Below the pieces are notes generated by a model that saw only the letters and a program-made list of their open reading frames with translations, ran no database searches and was not told the DNA's origin. The position numbers and the translations under genes were made by a program. Shown piece after piece: positions 1-13,874 of a stretch of 64,000 bases of DNA; position 1 is the stretch's first letter, and the number at the start of each line of letters is the position of its first letter. The stretch lies in NCBI GenBank assembly GCA_951406725.2, contig OX597817.1:78306001-78370000 (forward strand), read 5' to 3'. Source of the DNA: Octopus vulgaris (Eukaryota).

Positions 1-87
1 ATTTATTTATGGTTAGGAATTTTGTCTAAGTGAGAAAATGTTTAAGTGTAACACACACGCACACACAAAGACACACACACACACAAA

Positions 88-139
<52 letters not shown>

Positions 140-268
140 CACACATGCACACACACATTGGATTTGTTTCTTTTAAAACTGAGAAGTATTTTTTCACCCT
201 TACTTGCTAAGTTTTTTTTCAACAGTGTTAATTTATTATATTCAGTAAACCTAGCATCTCCTAACAGT

Positions 269-311
<43 letters not shown>

Positions 312-426
312 ATGATACACACATACATATATATATGCAAATACATACATACACACAAGCATACATACATATATATGTGTGTGTATATATATTTTAATTT
401 TATACATACATACACACACACGCACA

Positions 427-480
<54 letters not shown>

Positions 481-1512
481 AGAAAGAATGAAGAAGAAAT
501 AGAAGAATAGTAAGTGAATGATGAAAAGATGTAGGAAAAGGGTGGAGAAGAGGAAGGGGAGCAACAAAGAGGAATAACACGGAGGAAGATGAGAGCAAAA
601 GCAACAACAGAAAACTGTAGCAAACAGCAAATAAACTCTGAGAAGAAAGAAAGTTCTATATATTCATTTATTTATTTTGTTTACTTTCAGGATGAAGGAT
701 TGCATATACTTTACTTACTACCAATGGGTTGAGGTGACTTTGGTAAAATTTGTGGTTCTTTTGTATGCCGAAACGTTTCTGAAGAAGAGAGGGCAATAGA
801 TTTTGCTGGTATTTTCTGGCTGACAGCATCGATAATGACGAAAGCTTGACATCTGGTAGCAACTCATGACTTGACTGCCATCAGCATTGATAATGTGGTG
901 AGCTGGTAGGAGAGCTTGTTAAGAAAGATCATTTAGAGAGATCATGAAGGGATCCGTGAACTGTTTTGTTAAAACACTTTCAATGTTTTAGAGAAAACAG
1001 AAGAAAGATTTTTCTTTCTCTTTTTTGTTATTGTTGTTTTTTTAACACCTGGACTATAGCGTTTTGTGTATGGCTAGTGTGAACCCAGAAAAATTATTCA
1101 GTCTTAAATGCTGAGCTGGTTCTTGCTATATACCGAAAACACAACGGAAATACAAAAAGAAATCTTTATGAAAAATATACAGTATCAGCATACAGGGCAT
1201 ACATGTGGTCTCTCTGCTTGCTAGATAGAGCAGCAAAATGTACCTTACATGGAATTTTATTGTCATTGAAAGCCCCACCACACACAAAAAAATGCAAAAC
1301 AGGAAGAACACATTGGACACTGTAGACTTAAATAACCCTAAGTAATAATAAAAAAAAACAAACAAAAATGTAAAGGACGCAGCTGAAATGCCTATCATCT
1401 GAAATGTGTTTGGTCAATAAACTCAGAATTAGCCCAGGGCTAAATAACCATAGCAACTACAAAGAAAATGACAGTGGAAAAATCATCACCACATAATAAC
1501 AATGATAATAAT

Positions 1513-2030
1513 ATGAAGTACCAGGCACTGGCTCTCATGGCTTCCGATCTTAACTAATAAGAAGTGTTATCATGTACATTGTTTTATCTTGGTATAAAAG
1601 ATGGGCTACAGCAAATAGTCTGCTCAATACCACAGATTTGCTTGGCAGTTGTTTGACCTTAACCAGTTGACCATGTCCCTTAGTGGCTGGTGATATAGAG
1701 GAGAATCATAGCCATGTGTTGAGAAGAATTCTTTTGAATTTGAATAATTCGCCTCTGGAAATATATGTTTTGTTCATCATCCTTAAACAACCCTTATTCA
1801 AGGACCATTTGAATGGGATGGGCTACCCGACCTGAAGAACATTCTAACTGGGCCCCTCCTTCAAGGTCATGTGCTGTTTATCTTGATATGAGATCACCAT
1901 GTCATGCACATATAGTTGTGATGCATGTATCAGGTGTACCCTTATCAGACAGGTAGTCATGATGGGTATACTGAGGCTTTGTATATTTTACCCCAGTGTC
2001 ACTTTGATGGCATGCACTGCTCTCTCATTC
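1513..2030 (+). mobile_element. Dispersed ~500 bp repeat ending in (AAT)n; probable long 3' UTR of an R4/Dong-like LINE
   Basis: Second copy on the minus strand at 15534-15980; both copies end ...ctgctctctca(c/t)tc followed by (AAT)n and sit between AAT tracts. No recognisable protein. The Dong assignment is inferred from context. Confidence 0.6.
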
Positions 2031-2046
2031 AATAATATTAATAATA

Positions 2047-2092
<46 letters not shown>

Positions 2093-2112
2093 TAATAATA
2101 ATAATAATAATA

Positions 2113-2788
2113 AATACAAGTAACTGCAGAATATGTGGAGATGGACAAGAAACAATAAATCATATTATCTCTAGCTGCCCAGTCCTGGCTAAGAAGGAAT
2201 ATATTCACAGACATGACAGAGTTGGAACCTACATACATTGGAAGCTATGCCAACATTATGGAATAACAACAGAAAAAAGATGGTATAGGCACACACCAGA
2301 AAAGGTCACAGAAAACGAGAAAGCAACCATACTCTGGGATATGCCGATACACACAGATAGAGAAATTAAGGCCAACAGACCAGATATAGTTGTCAGAGAT
2401 CATGAAGAAAAAAAATGCTTTCTAATTGATGTATCAATACCGGCAGATGACAACGTGTCTCTAAAAGAAATGGAGAAACTCTCAAAATACAAAGACCTGG
2501 AAATAGAGGTAACTAGAATGTGGAACCTGAAAACAGAAACAATTCCTATCATAGTAGGTGCATTAGGCATGATAAAAAGATATTCAGACAAATACATAAC
2601 AAAAACACCAGGACTTACAAACACATATAACATACAGAAAATTGCACTACTAGGCACTGCACACATCCTACACAGAACACTTTCCATACAATAACCATCA
2701 GAGCATCACAACAAATCACAGCACATACCCAAGGCACACAGAGCTGCGCTCGGTAGTGAAGTGAAAGCACGCTATAAAAATAAAACTA

Positions 2789-2791
<3 letters not shown>
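2113..2791 (+). mobile_element. 5'-truncated R4/Dong-clade non-LTR retrotransposon: CCHC zinc knuckle, restriction-like endonuclease and 3' UTR
   Basis: ORF 2089-2694 has CRICGDGQETINHIISSC (CCHC), RHD, ILWD, RPDIV...IDVSIP...KE.EK..KY (PD-(D/E)xK) and IIVGALG...ALLGTAHIL. Flanked by (AAT)n on both sides. Confidence 0.9.
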
Positions 2792-2819
<28 letters not shown>

Positions 2820-3045
2820 GGTGCACTTGGAGGTATCAGCACTCAACTACCAACATGGCCAAAAAAAGATCTGTGCAAGCATGAAGGTAGAACACATACA
2901 AAAATCAGCATTGCTTGGAGCTACAAGAATTCTCCACAGGGTTCTTAAAGCATGACCAGTAAACAAGTGTCACCTTAGACTGCTGGCTGTGGACAGCTGA
3001 CACTTTCCATCATACTCAACAAAATAAGTTGTGGGTTTTCATTAC
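2820..3045 (+). mobile_element. 3' end of a second R4/Dong-like LINE family
   Basis: Reads GALGGISTQLPTW...HIQKSALLGATRILHRVL near the stop, then UTR and (TAA)n; second copy at 38424-38662. Confidence 0.75.
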
Positions 3046-3179
3046 ATAATAATAATAATGATGATGCTGATGATGATTTCAAATTTTGGCACAAGGTCAG
3101 CAAGTTAAGGGGAGTTGGTAAGTCAAAACATCAACCCCAGTATGCAACAGGTACTTATTTTATCTATAACAGGTAAGAA

Positions 3180-3545
3180 GCTGCAACATAATCAACCAGA
3201 TATCACTCTCCTATGGAAGGAGTTCAAAGAATGGACCTGAATTGAGGCAGCTATACTTACAAACCAGAATATTTGGAAGACAGACAATGAGAAGGCCAAG
3301 AAGTACTGATATATAGCATTGGAAGTGAAACACATCCATAGGGCCTCAAAAAGTGAGAGTGAAATCTATTGTGATTGGTGCACTTGGAACCATCTCAAAG
3401 ACAGCAACATTCTGGCATGAAAAGCTACAAATATCAAACTTTATAGGAAGTAAACAATTGGCTGCATTATTTAGAACAGCTGATGTGTTAAAGAAAGTGT
3501 GGCATCTCTGTGGGTAGCGGCTGAGATGTGACATAGATAACTGAG
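3180..3545 (+). mobile_element. Decayed R4/Dong-like endonuclease fragment (third family)
   Basis: Translates, with stops and frameshifts, as HNQPDITLLWK...NEKAKKY...VKSIVIGALGTISK...AALFRTADVLKKV. Confidence 0.65.
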
Positions 3546-3570
3546 AAGAAAAGAAGCTAGAAAGAATACT

Positions 3571-3776
3571 CTTACTTTTTTACTTGCTTCAGTCAGTTGA
3601 CAGCGGCCATGCTGGAGCACCGCCTTTAGTCGAGCAATTTGACCCCAGGACTTATTCTTTGTAAGCCTAGTACTTATTCTATCAGCTCTCTTTTACCAAA
3701 CCGCTAAGTTACGGGGACGTAAACACACCAGCATCGGTTGTCAAGCAATGTTGGGGGGACAAACGCAGACACACAA

Positions 3777-3826
<50 letters not shown>

Positions 3827-3941
3827 GACGGGCTTCTTTCAGTTTCTGTCTACCAAATCCACTCACAATGCTTTGGTCGGCCTGAGGCTATAGTAGAAGA
3901 CACTTGCCCAAGGTGCCATGCAGTGGGACTGAACCCAGAAC
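3571..3941 (-). mobile_element. tRNA-derived SINE family A (head partly truncated)
   Basis: Matches the full copy at 29990-30380; internal (CA)/(TA) microsatellite. Confidence 0.85.
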
Positions 3942-3984
3942 GATCTGCTATGAATAAAAACAAAAAGAGTAATAATAGCAATCC

Positions 3985-4398
3985 TTTCTCATATAAGCAC
4001 AAGACCAGAAATTTTGGGGAAGGGCTAGTGGATTACATCGACCCCCAGTGTTCAGCCAGTACTTATTTCATTGACCTCAAAAAAATAAAAGGCAAGGTTG
4101 ATCTTGGCAGCATTTGAACTCAGAATGTTAAGACAAACAAAATGACACTCAGCATTTTGTACAGTATGCTAACGATTCTGCCAGCTCACTACTTTAATAA
4201 AAATAATGATTTCAAATTTTGGCACAAGGCCAGCAAGTTCGGTGGGGTGGAGATAATCAATTATATCAACCGCAGTACTCAACTGGTCCTTATTTTCTTG
4301 ACCCTGAAAGGCTAAGTTGAACTTGGCAAAATTTGGGCACAAAACATAAATGAAATACTGCTTAGTATCTGGTTGAACATGATCCTGCCAGCTTGCTG

Positions 4399-4440
<42 letters not shown>

Positions 4441-4685
4441 GGATAATAATGATGATGATGATGATGATGATGATCTTTTCTACTATAGGCACAAGACTTG
4501 AAATTTTTTGGGAGGGAGTAAATCGATTACATCGAACCCAGTGCATAACTGGTACTTAATTTATCGACCCTGAAAGGACGAAAGGCAAAGTCAACCTTGA
4601 CGGAATTTGAACCCAGAACGTAACGACAGATGAAATGCTGCTAAGCATTGATCCTGGCACACTGATGTTTCTGCTAGCTTGCTGT
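3985..4685 (-). mobile_element. Cluster of three decayed SINE family B-type copies separated by (AAT)n
   Basis: Repeated motifs ggcacaag, cgaccccag, aaggcaaagtcgacc, gaatttgaactcagaa and ctgccagct at about 3985-4190, 4210-4400 and 4475-4685. Confidence 0.75.
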
Positions 4686-4687
4686 CA

Positions 4688-4870
<183 letters not shown>

Positions 4871-5326
4871 TCATTACACTTTTGGGCAATATGGTTAGCA
4901 AAATTTTCGTACATTTTTACCCTTTGAGTTCAAATGCCATCAAGCCCGAATTTGTCTTTCATCCTTTTGGCATCAATAAAATAAGTACCAGTAGCACATT
5001 AGGGTCAATGTAATCAACTAGCTTCATCCCCAAAAATGTCAGGCCTTTGCCTATAGTAAAAAAGACATATGTATAAATATATATGTTCATATGTGTATGT
5101 GTGAAAGTGTGTGTATATGTGTGTGCATGTGTATATGTGCATGTAAATATGTATGCATGCATACATGTATGTATGTATTTATGTATGTATGTATGTATGT
5201 ATGTACGTATGTGGCATTGTTCAATTTTATTTCAAGATTTCTTGCCAATAGAGAAAGGGTTGGTTTTTAACCTAGATCCAAGGTTCTTTCATTGAAATTG
5301 CAACATCAACAACAGGGTAATTTTGC

Positions 5327-5596
5327 ATGTATGTATGTATGTATGTATGTATGTATGTATGTATGTATGTATGTATGTATGTATGTATTTATGTATGTAT
5401 GTATGGATGGATGTATGTATGGATGTATGTATGTATGTATGAATGGATGTATATATGTATTATGTATGTATGTATGTATGAATGGATGTATACATGTATG
5501 TATTATGTATGTATGCCTGCATGTATGTATGTATGTATGTATGTATGTATGTATGTATGTATGTATGTATGTATGTATGTATGTATGTATGTATGT
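5327..5596 (+). repeat. (ATGT)n microsatellite
   Basis: Read directly. Confidence 0.95.
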
Positions 5597-6581
5597 GACC
5601 TGACATGCAAATACTCATGAATTGCATTTCTGCTTCTTGCAGGGCATTTGGACTCAGCATTAGCCTGGACAGGACTGTTGTAATGTTCCAGCCTGCACCA
5701 GGAAATCCATATATAGAACCAGCTATCTTGGTTGAAGGAGCGATTCTGAAGGTAGTAGACAAGTTTGTCTACCTGGGCAGTACACTCAGCCGTTCTTGCT
5801 CCCTAGATGAGGAAATATCTTTCAAGTTGCAGAGAGCAACTAATTCCTTCCGGTCTCTTCAGTCTCGTGTCTGGTCCCAACATGGCATCGCAAGGAGAAC
5901 AAAAGTTGCTGTGTACCGTGCTTGTGTACTGACATCGCTTCTCTACTCATGTGAGACTTGGACTCTGTACAAACGTCAGGTAAGGGTCCTTGAACGTTTT
6001 CATCAGAGATGTCTCAGACACATTCTCAATGTTGGCTGGACCTCAAAAATTCTAGACACACAGATCCTGAGGACAGCTGATATCTTGAGTATTGAGGCGG
6101 TGGTACACAAGCACCAGTTGTGTTGGACTGGACACCTTATTAGAATGGAGGATAGAAGGATTCCTAAGCAGATGCTCTATGGAGAACTTGTGAATGGAAG
6201 GAGAATCCAGCAGAAATCAAGGCTGCGATTTAAGGACTGTGTCAAGTCCTCGTTAAAAGCCTTTGATATGCAGGACACTGACAGGGAGAACAATGCCTGT
6301 CATTGCCACAGATGGAGGAAGCAGGTTAAGGAGGGGACCGACACTTTTGAGAGAGCACGTATCCAGCATGAAGAACTTAAGCGAGCTGCGCGAAAGTGCA
6401 CGGCTCGTATAGTGAATGGGGAAAGCTTGGTCTGCAATGTTTGCAGTCATGTATGATTGTCAAGAGCAGGGCTCATTAGCCACCAACAGAGCCGCAAATG
6501 CAAAATATAAGTTAGTCCTAGAGTGCACAATGTTCCTGAAGGTCGGCAATGGTCTTCCTCGGTCACGAGTGGACGGCCATC
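5597..6581 (+). mobile_element. 5'-truncated RTE-clade (BovB-like) LINE: RT C-terminus, C-terminal Cys/His finger, (ATGT)n tail
   Basis: ORF 5605-6456 has FGLSIS...T.VM, FVYLGSTLS, VYRACVLTSLLYSCETWT, RFHQRCLRHIL, WTGHLIRM...RIPKQMLYGEL and CNVC; SRAGLISHQ follows after a frameshift. Confidence 0.9.
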
Positions 6582-6588
6582 ATGTATG

Positions 6589-6619
<31 letters not shown>

Positions 6620-7282
6620 GTATATGTGTAGATTTGTATGTTTTGTTTTTATGTATGTATGTACGTATGCACGTCTGTATGTATGTATAAGCATTTTGCC
6701 CAGTGTGCAAATGAGTCTGCTAGCCCACTGCCTTACATATCTATACATATATACACCCATATATAGTCATCCTTTGCAGATATATTTTTCAATGCCAGTT
6801 ATACAAACAAAGGCATTGCTTTTTACAGCTGGTGGCCTTTCCTGTTGTTAACTTACTTCTTTATCAAATAAAAGATCTCTTACTTCACGTATCTTCAAAA
6901 GCACAAAAATGTCTCAGGTAATTTGCTGACAGGAATGACCCTGGTCGTAGCAAGTTTCATAGAGCACAAATATAAACAAAAACATAGACACATGCACATA
7001 TGCATGTGCACAAATGCATCTTTATCATGATCATCATCATGATTATGATGATGATGATGATCATGATCATCATCATGTGACTGTCTCCCATGCTGGTATG
7101 GGTTGAACATTCTGATGGGAGCTGGCAAGCCTCAGGACTGCTGCTGCTAGTTCTACTTTATATACATACATACATACATGCATACATACATACATACATA
7201 CATTCATACATACATATATATATTCATACATATAAATACATACATACATAGACAGACAGATAGATAGATAGATATGTGTATA

Positions 7283-7323
<41 letters not shown>

Positions 7324-7427
7324 ACATACATACATAGATCAGTATATATGCATACTCATTCATACACAAAAGCACACAAGCTACATGTAGGTATACATAT
7401 GTGTATATGTATGTGTATGTATATATG

Positions 7428-7487
<60 letters not shown>

Positions 7488-8330
7488 CATGTATATATAT
7501 ATACGTATATTTATACATACACACACATATATATATACACACACAGATAGGTATATATATATATTCACATGCACAAACACATATATTTATATAGATGCAT
7601 ATATATTTACATTTGTGCCCGTTGCTTGTGTGCCTGTGTGTATCTATGTTGCTCTATCATGGTGTACATCAGAAGAAGTGGGCTACATCTAAATAACTTT
7701 CCAACCCACTGAGTGTGAAGATGTTCTTCGATGCTCAAAATTGGTTAATTTATTGGTGGTCTTTGTATGTGGGCTTAAATGAATGTAAGTGAGTGCAGGT
7801 AGGTGCTGTTTTATGAACGGGTGTATTTGTCTACGTACGAGTCTGTGTTTGTGTTAGGACATGTATGTGTCTGTGTGTGAGCGAGAGAGAGACAGAGAGA
7901 GACAGAGAGAGACACATAGAGAGAGAGGGGACGAGAGAGAGAGAGAGTAAGTGACAGAGAGAAAGTGAGTGAACGATAAGCATATACTTGTAAGAATAAG
8001 AATGTATATATGGGTATATGTGTGTGTGTGTGTGTATGTACATGCACACATATTTGCTGGAATGCCATTCTCATCCACTCACATATGTATTTGTTTAACA
8101 TGGATATGACAGTGCAAAGGTATGTATGTGTGTATGTGTGTTTGGGTATGCTTGTACATGTAGTCTATGTATGTGTAAACAAATAAACATGTGTGTGTAT
8201 ATATATATTTATGTATGTATGTATATATATATATATACATACATATATGTACGTATGACTGTATATATATATGTACGTACGTATGTATGTATGTATGTAT
8301 GTATGTATGTATGTATGTATGTATGTATGT

Positions 8331-8388
<58 letters not shown>

Positions 8389-8650
8389 GTATATATGTGT
8401 ATGTGTATGTGTGTGTGTATACATATGATATGCATGTGTATAGAATAGAATGTGTTAGCTCGTTAGTACAAAAAATACCAAACAGACAAACTAGAAAAAA
8501 AAAACTGGATAATTGTTTATCACACGGTAGAGTCTTATATAGTTATTTATTAAAGCTAAAAGTACTGAATACTGCAAAGTGCACTGGAATTTGTTGAATA
8601 TTTTTTTAGAAAACTGATTAAAAAATAAATATTGATATATATTGTGAGTA

Positions 8651-8812
8651 CAGGTAGGTATGGCTGCGTGGTTTAGGAGTTTGCTTCCCAACCACATAGA
8701 TTCAGGTTCCATCCTATTCTGTGGCATCTTGGGTAAGTGTTTTATACTATAGCTTTTGGCTGACCAAAGACTTGTGAGTGGATTTGGTAGATAGAAAGTG
8801 AAAGAAGTCTTT
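8651..8812 (+). mobile_element. SINE family A head fragment
   Basis: A-box-like tggctgcgtgg, B-box-like ggttccatcc and core catcttgggtaagtg. Confidence 0.75.
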
Positions 8813-9226
8813 CACACACAAATACATATATATATATATATTTATATATATAAGTATGTAGGGGAATTTGTTTTGGGGTTTTAAAATGCACCTGAATTTG
8901 AAAAATGTGTAGTTATTTTTAAATAGATTTATTCATATGCAAACCAAAATAGTTTCAACACTTTTTGTATGGTACAAATATATATAATGGTACAATGGTA
9001 CAAATATATATAAAACGATGGGGTTTTAACAAGGTTGAAAATTATGAACAAACATGTTTAAACAATCAAATGTTCAAATGTTCGCATAAATTTCAATGTG
9101 TTTCACAGGGATAGATAATATCAGAGTAAATGTTCGGCAAAGGTTATAACAAATAACAAATGTACATTATCAAAAGTTCAGTCATATTGTGTTTTTAAAG
9201 AATACATGGACATAAGTATGTATGTA

Positions 9227-9270
<44 letters not shown>

Positions 9271-10462
9271 AATATGTATATATATATATATTTATATACA
9301 AGCCAACTGGGCTGAGTAAGGATAGTGGCCTAAGGGAGACAATCCCTTGCACTTAATCCTTCTCCTTTGTCTGTGTGTTCAACAACTAGCCATGAGGTCT
9401 TTACTCATGAGGCTTTGGCTGGCCCAGAGCCATAGTCTGCACCCAAAAAACCATGTGGTTGGCAAGCCAACTTTTTACCACAGGATTGTACCTGCACCTG
9501 CATATGCAAATGTAGGATATTAGATAATAATTTTTTAAGCAGGAATGGAATTGTTATACATTTAGAGTAAGGTAAAAAACAAATAAATTTATCTTGTAAT
9601 AAAGTTTTACAATGGGTGTGAAATTACAATTAAAAAAAATCTAATTGAATAATTTTGTTGCCAGAGTGTGGTTGAGACTTGAACCAAACCTCTTAGATTT
9701 TACTAGTTCAGAACCATGAGCTAATAAGTTCCATGACAGGGAAAATTCTGCCATAAAAGGTAAGAATGCCTGTGCAAATATGGTTCAACCAATCAACACT
9801 TGCTGCCTTATTATGGTTGAGTCAACCATCTCTACAAAAGGAAGCAAATTTTGCTATCAAACAGTTTGACCAAAGATTCTAGAAGCATAGTTAACAGCTA
9901 TAAAAAACTAGCAAATAAAGACAAAAGATCCACTAGCATTCAAGTGGAATCTATGTCAATTGTCTCATTGCATTGTTCTCTCTCCTCTCTTTCACTTTTA
10001 AGCATAATGCTTATGTTGTAGTTGACAAAAGACACTAACCTTTACAATAAGTGTCCAGTAACACATTAATTATATGCAGTAATTAATTTTCTTAAATTAC
10101 CTTCATTACGTGAACCAACTAGTTATATACAGAAGATACCTAACCGTTATGTTCATTGAACATTGATCCCATTAATTTATTGAATGTACATTTGCAAATA
10201 TAATGATACAGGTTAATAAAATACTTGAAAATTCAATTAAACTCTAGTGCGGCCATTGTCTATACACACAACCTTCCTAACTTGCAAACAGGCCAAGAAG
10301 AATATATGACTAAGTACCACATTAAAACTTAAAGCAGTGACTATAATGAAGCAACTTTAGGGAAATTATTAAATAAAATCATGTGTAAAATATTAGTGTA
10401 TTATCATATGTGTGTGTGTGTGTGTGTTGTTGTTGTTGTTATAATTGTTGTTGTTATTATTA

Positions 10463-10498
<36 letters not shown>

Positions 10499-10522
10499 GT
10501 ATTAGTATTAGTATTAGTATTA

Positions 10523-10702
10523 TTCCTTTGTAACACAGTGTAGGCAAAATGCACCAGAGTCTTTAGTTATCTGTCAAATCACAACAAGGACGTCAGACAC
10601 ATAATACTTTTCTTAAGATGTGCGCTGTGCCTAACAAGGCTGCTTTTTGCAAGACATCAATCTTGCATGGGATTTACAGTTGCCTTAAGAAGTCCCATGC
10701 AT
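10523..10702 (-). mobile_element. 3' end of a fourth R4/Dong-like family
   Basis: Minus strand reads IPCKIDVLQKAALLGTAHILRKVLCV*, then a short UTR and a TAA-type tract; flanked by TTA tracts. Confidence 0.75.
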
Positions 10703-10713
10703 ATTATTATTAA

Positions 10714-10814
<101 letters not shown>

Positions 10815-12364
10815 TTAGTAGTAGTAGTAGTAGTAGTAGTATATGATGATATACCAACTCATGCGAGTACATCAAAATGGATATTGAAATAATGGTAGTG
10901 GTAGATATTAGGATATGCAATATATCTACATTTAGGTATCTCACCCATTGTTTCCCTGTTAAGTCTCCAAATACTATTTTTCCCATTCTATGTCATCGTT
11001 TTATCTCACCCTTCTTCTTTACCATACCAGGTTACCTGTGTTGCATGTAATCATTTTAGACCTATCCATATTCAATCCTTCAATCCATATCCTTTATCAC
11101 TCCACCTTACTCATCCAATCTTCCTACTACCTGCTCTCCTCTCATAATACCAGTGTAATGAAGGCTGGCATCATTTATATCTATATTCAGTATCTCCCTA
11201 CTATCACTCTTCTGTATGCCAAGCCATTACTTATCTCACCCAGGTCAGCCATTATTGACATCCAGTATCCTTTTCTCTTTTGCTTTCATCACTCCCTATC
11301 ACTATCTATCACTCATACTCTATCTTAACATACCCATCATTTGATATCTAATACTCTCTTTAATATTTTCCTTCCTCTTATTGTTAATATACATCACACT
11401 TACTGTTAATATACATCGAACTATCTTTCTCACTCAAACTCCTTTCATTATCATTACTCTCCCCTACCTCCTTTCTTTACTCTGTTTTTTATTCAATCTC
11501 TTTACCAACAACCGATATGTAGCTGCCTATCATTGCCGCTCTTCTATCATGCTCTTCTCTATTATTCTCTTGCTTTTATCACCTTATTTTTAACATAATA
11601 ATCTTGCTTCTTTCACTCCCTTTCCCTGGTTCTTCCTCCAGCATCATTATGTCTTTTGATTGTCCTAACATTCATACTGCCTTGAACAAATGGAGACAAC
11701 ATAGAGCAGAGAAGAGTTATTAGTTTTGCATGGGTCAAAACATCATTGCTAGTGCTAATGCCGTGATAGAATAAATCTAGTACACTTTGCAAAGTGACTG
11801 GCAAATTAACACAAACCACATAGTGTTTAGTTTTGTTGAGAACATTATAACTTCTTTATTACTGGTGCTGAGATAAAATAAATCCAATACCTATATCATA
11901 GAATAGGGAATGCTATGAAAGACATCCCAGAGTAGAAACCATGCCAAAAAGTAAAAGATACATGCAAGACATGATTTCTGAACATCTAGGAGGTCTAGAA
12001 ATATTATAACTCCAAATTAGAACTGATTTGGATTATAATTACATGTTCAATCCATGCCAATATGGAAAGCTGACATAAAATGATGGATGGCGGAGATTTG
12101 CACAAATAATATAAATAGTTTAATCATAGAAGTAATTCATTAAGTAGTTTTATATCATTTGCATGGTCTATATGTTTGGTGGTAAAAATAATTGGTGCTA
12201 TTTAGTTATATAATTGAATTTATCTGTTATCATGTCCAAAGAAAATAAACATGGGTCACTCAGAAAGCTCCAATCAAAACAAGATGGTATGGCAGTTTTG
12301 GTGCAATCATCGATGTCATTAGATAGAGAGAGAGAAAGATAGAAAGAGAGAGAGAGAGATTTTG

Positions 12365-12550
12365 CAGGATGGTGCTAGAGGATTGAACAGAAATTCATTA
12401 GTGATGCACTCTGGTGGACACACTAACATGGATATACACTTGAGTCTCCCCTCTTTTAAAATTCATTATCTACAAGCTCTATACAGACATGGATGTTGTC
12501 CTGCTGACCTTGTAATCACTGTGTAGGATGTGGATGTAGGGCGTGGGGTG
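12365..12550 (+). mobile_element. Highly decayed RTE-X-like LINE 3' fragment
   Basis: KFISDALWWTH*HG and GCCPADL resemble the RTE-X C-terminal pattern also seen at 36316-36663. Confidence 0.35.
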
Positions 12551-13149
12551 GCACATGTGATTAAGTCAGGCAAATTTAAACAAACTCGACCAAATGAAGG
12601 GGAATATCTCATAAGTTTCAAATCATCAATAAATACTTTGCCTTTCATTTTGGGGGGTTGATAAAATAAATACCTGTTGAGTACTGGGGTCAATGTAATT
12701 GACTTATCCCCTACCCATAAATTGCTGGCCTTGAGCACAAATTTGAAATTGATATTTCAAGTCCTTCATTACAATCATTTCAATGATCTTATAAAATTAT
12801 AAATTTAAAAAAAAACAAAAAACATTAGGTTGAGGAGTTTTTAAATATAAAAGAGGTTGAAAAAAATAAGTTTTATGTAACATGGAAAGATGGATGACCA
12901 AAAAAAGTTATAAATTATAAAGAAATTATATATAAGGGAACTGTTATTATGTATATATATATATATCAGAAAAAATATATATGTTGAAACAATTTGTTGA
13001 CCTTTTATGGTTTTTTTAATAATTGTTTGTTATATAATATCATGTCATATTATATTCATAGTATATCATGTAATATTATAATATAAATAAATTATTGGAT
13101 TGTCAATAGTATCTCTCTGTTCAAATTATCCAGAGCTTAACAATTATTT

Positions 13150-13874
13150 CCAGGACCTCAATGTAAGTGGCAGAGTTAACTCTAAGACCTTGTGGAAATG
13201 GGTAAGGAGGCATCACATGTCTTTCATTGCTGAGGACCTTTAAAACCATGACAATTACAGGAAATTTTTCATGCATAACATTTGTCATTTCTTCTGTTAA
13301 CTTTTTGAAACTTGTTGAAGTTTTACTTGCTTGAGAAAAGCCAAATCAGATCTTCTTCTGTTGGATTTTTCGGTTTGTTTAAGAACTTTTTAGATCTGAT
13401 GTAATGATTTTCTTTTGCTTTTTCTGACAAATTGACCTTTCCTCATCATATAAGACATATCTGATGTTTTCGTGGACAACATTTCCGACTGTTCCTTCTA
13501 ACACAGGGAGATCTTTTGCAACTGACCTCATGGACTTTCTAGGATTGTAATTAATGGTCTGTTAAACTTGCTGGATAAATTCAGGTGTTCTGATGATTTC
13601 AGAGCATCTAGAATGCTTTTTATGCTTTGACACTGGTAATACACTTCTATCTTTAGTCTAACTCCTTACAAACTTTGTAGATGAAAGATCTAGCAACTTC
13701 TAAATATCGAGATATTTCTAAATTGTTATGCTCAGCTTTTATAACAACAATAACAGTATGCTTCTTCATTTCTTGAATAAGCTGAGGGTCTGCCCTTATT
13801 ATTTTCTGAAACAAAGATTATACAGCATTAGCAAAAAATGCAGCATTGACCCCAAAAATACCTTACACACCCTG
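13150..13874 (-). mobile_element. Decayed Tc1/mariner transposon, probably maT/DD37D type: 5' terminus and N-terminal half of transposase
   Basis: Minus strand starts TA|CAGGGTG at 13874. It translates with stops and frameshifts as QEMKKHTVIVVIKAEHNNLEISRYLEVARSFIYKV...KKHSRCSEIIRTPEFIQQV...NPRKSMRSVAKDL...VVHENIRY..YMMRKGQ...KVNRRND...KFPVIVMV. Not in the ORF track. Confidence 0.75.
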
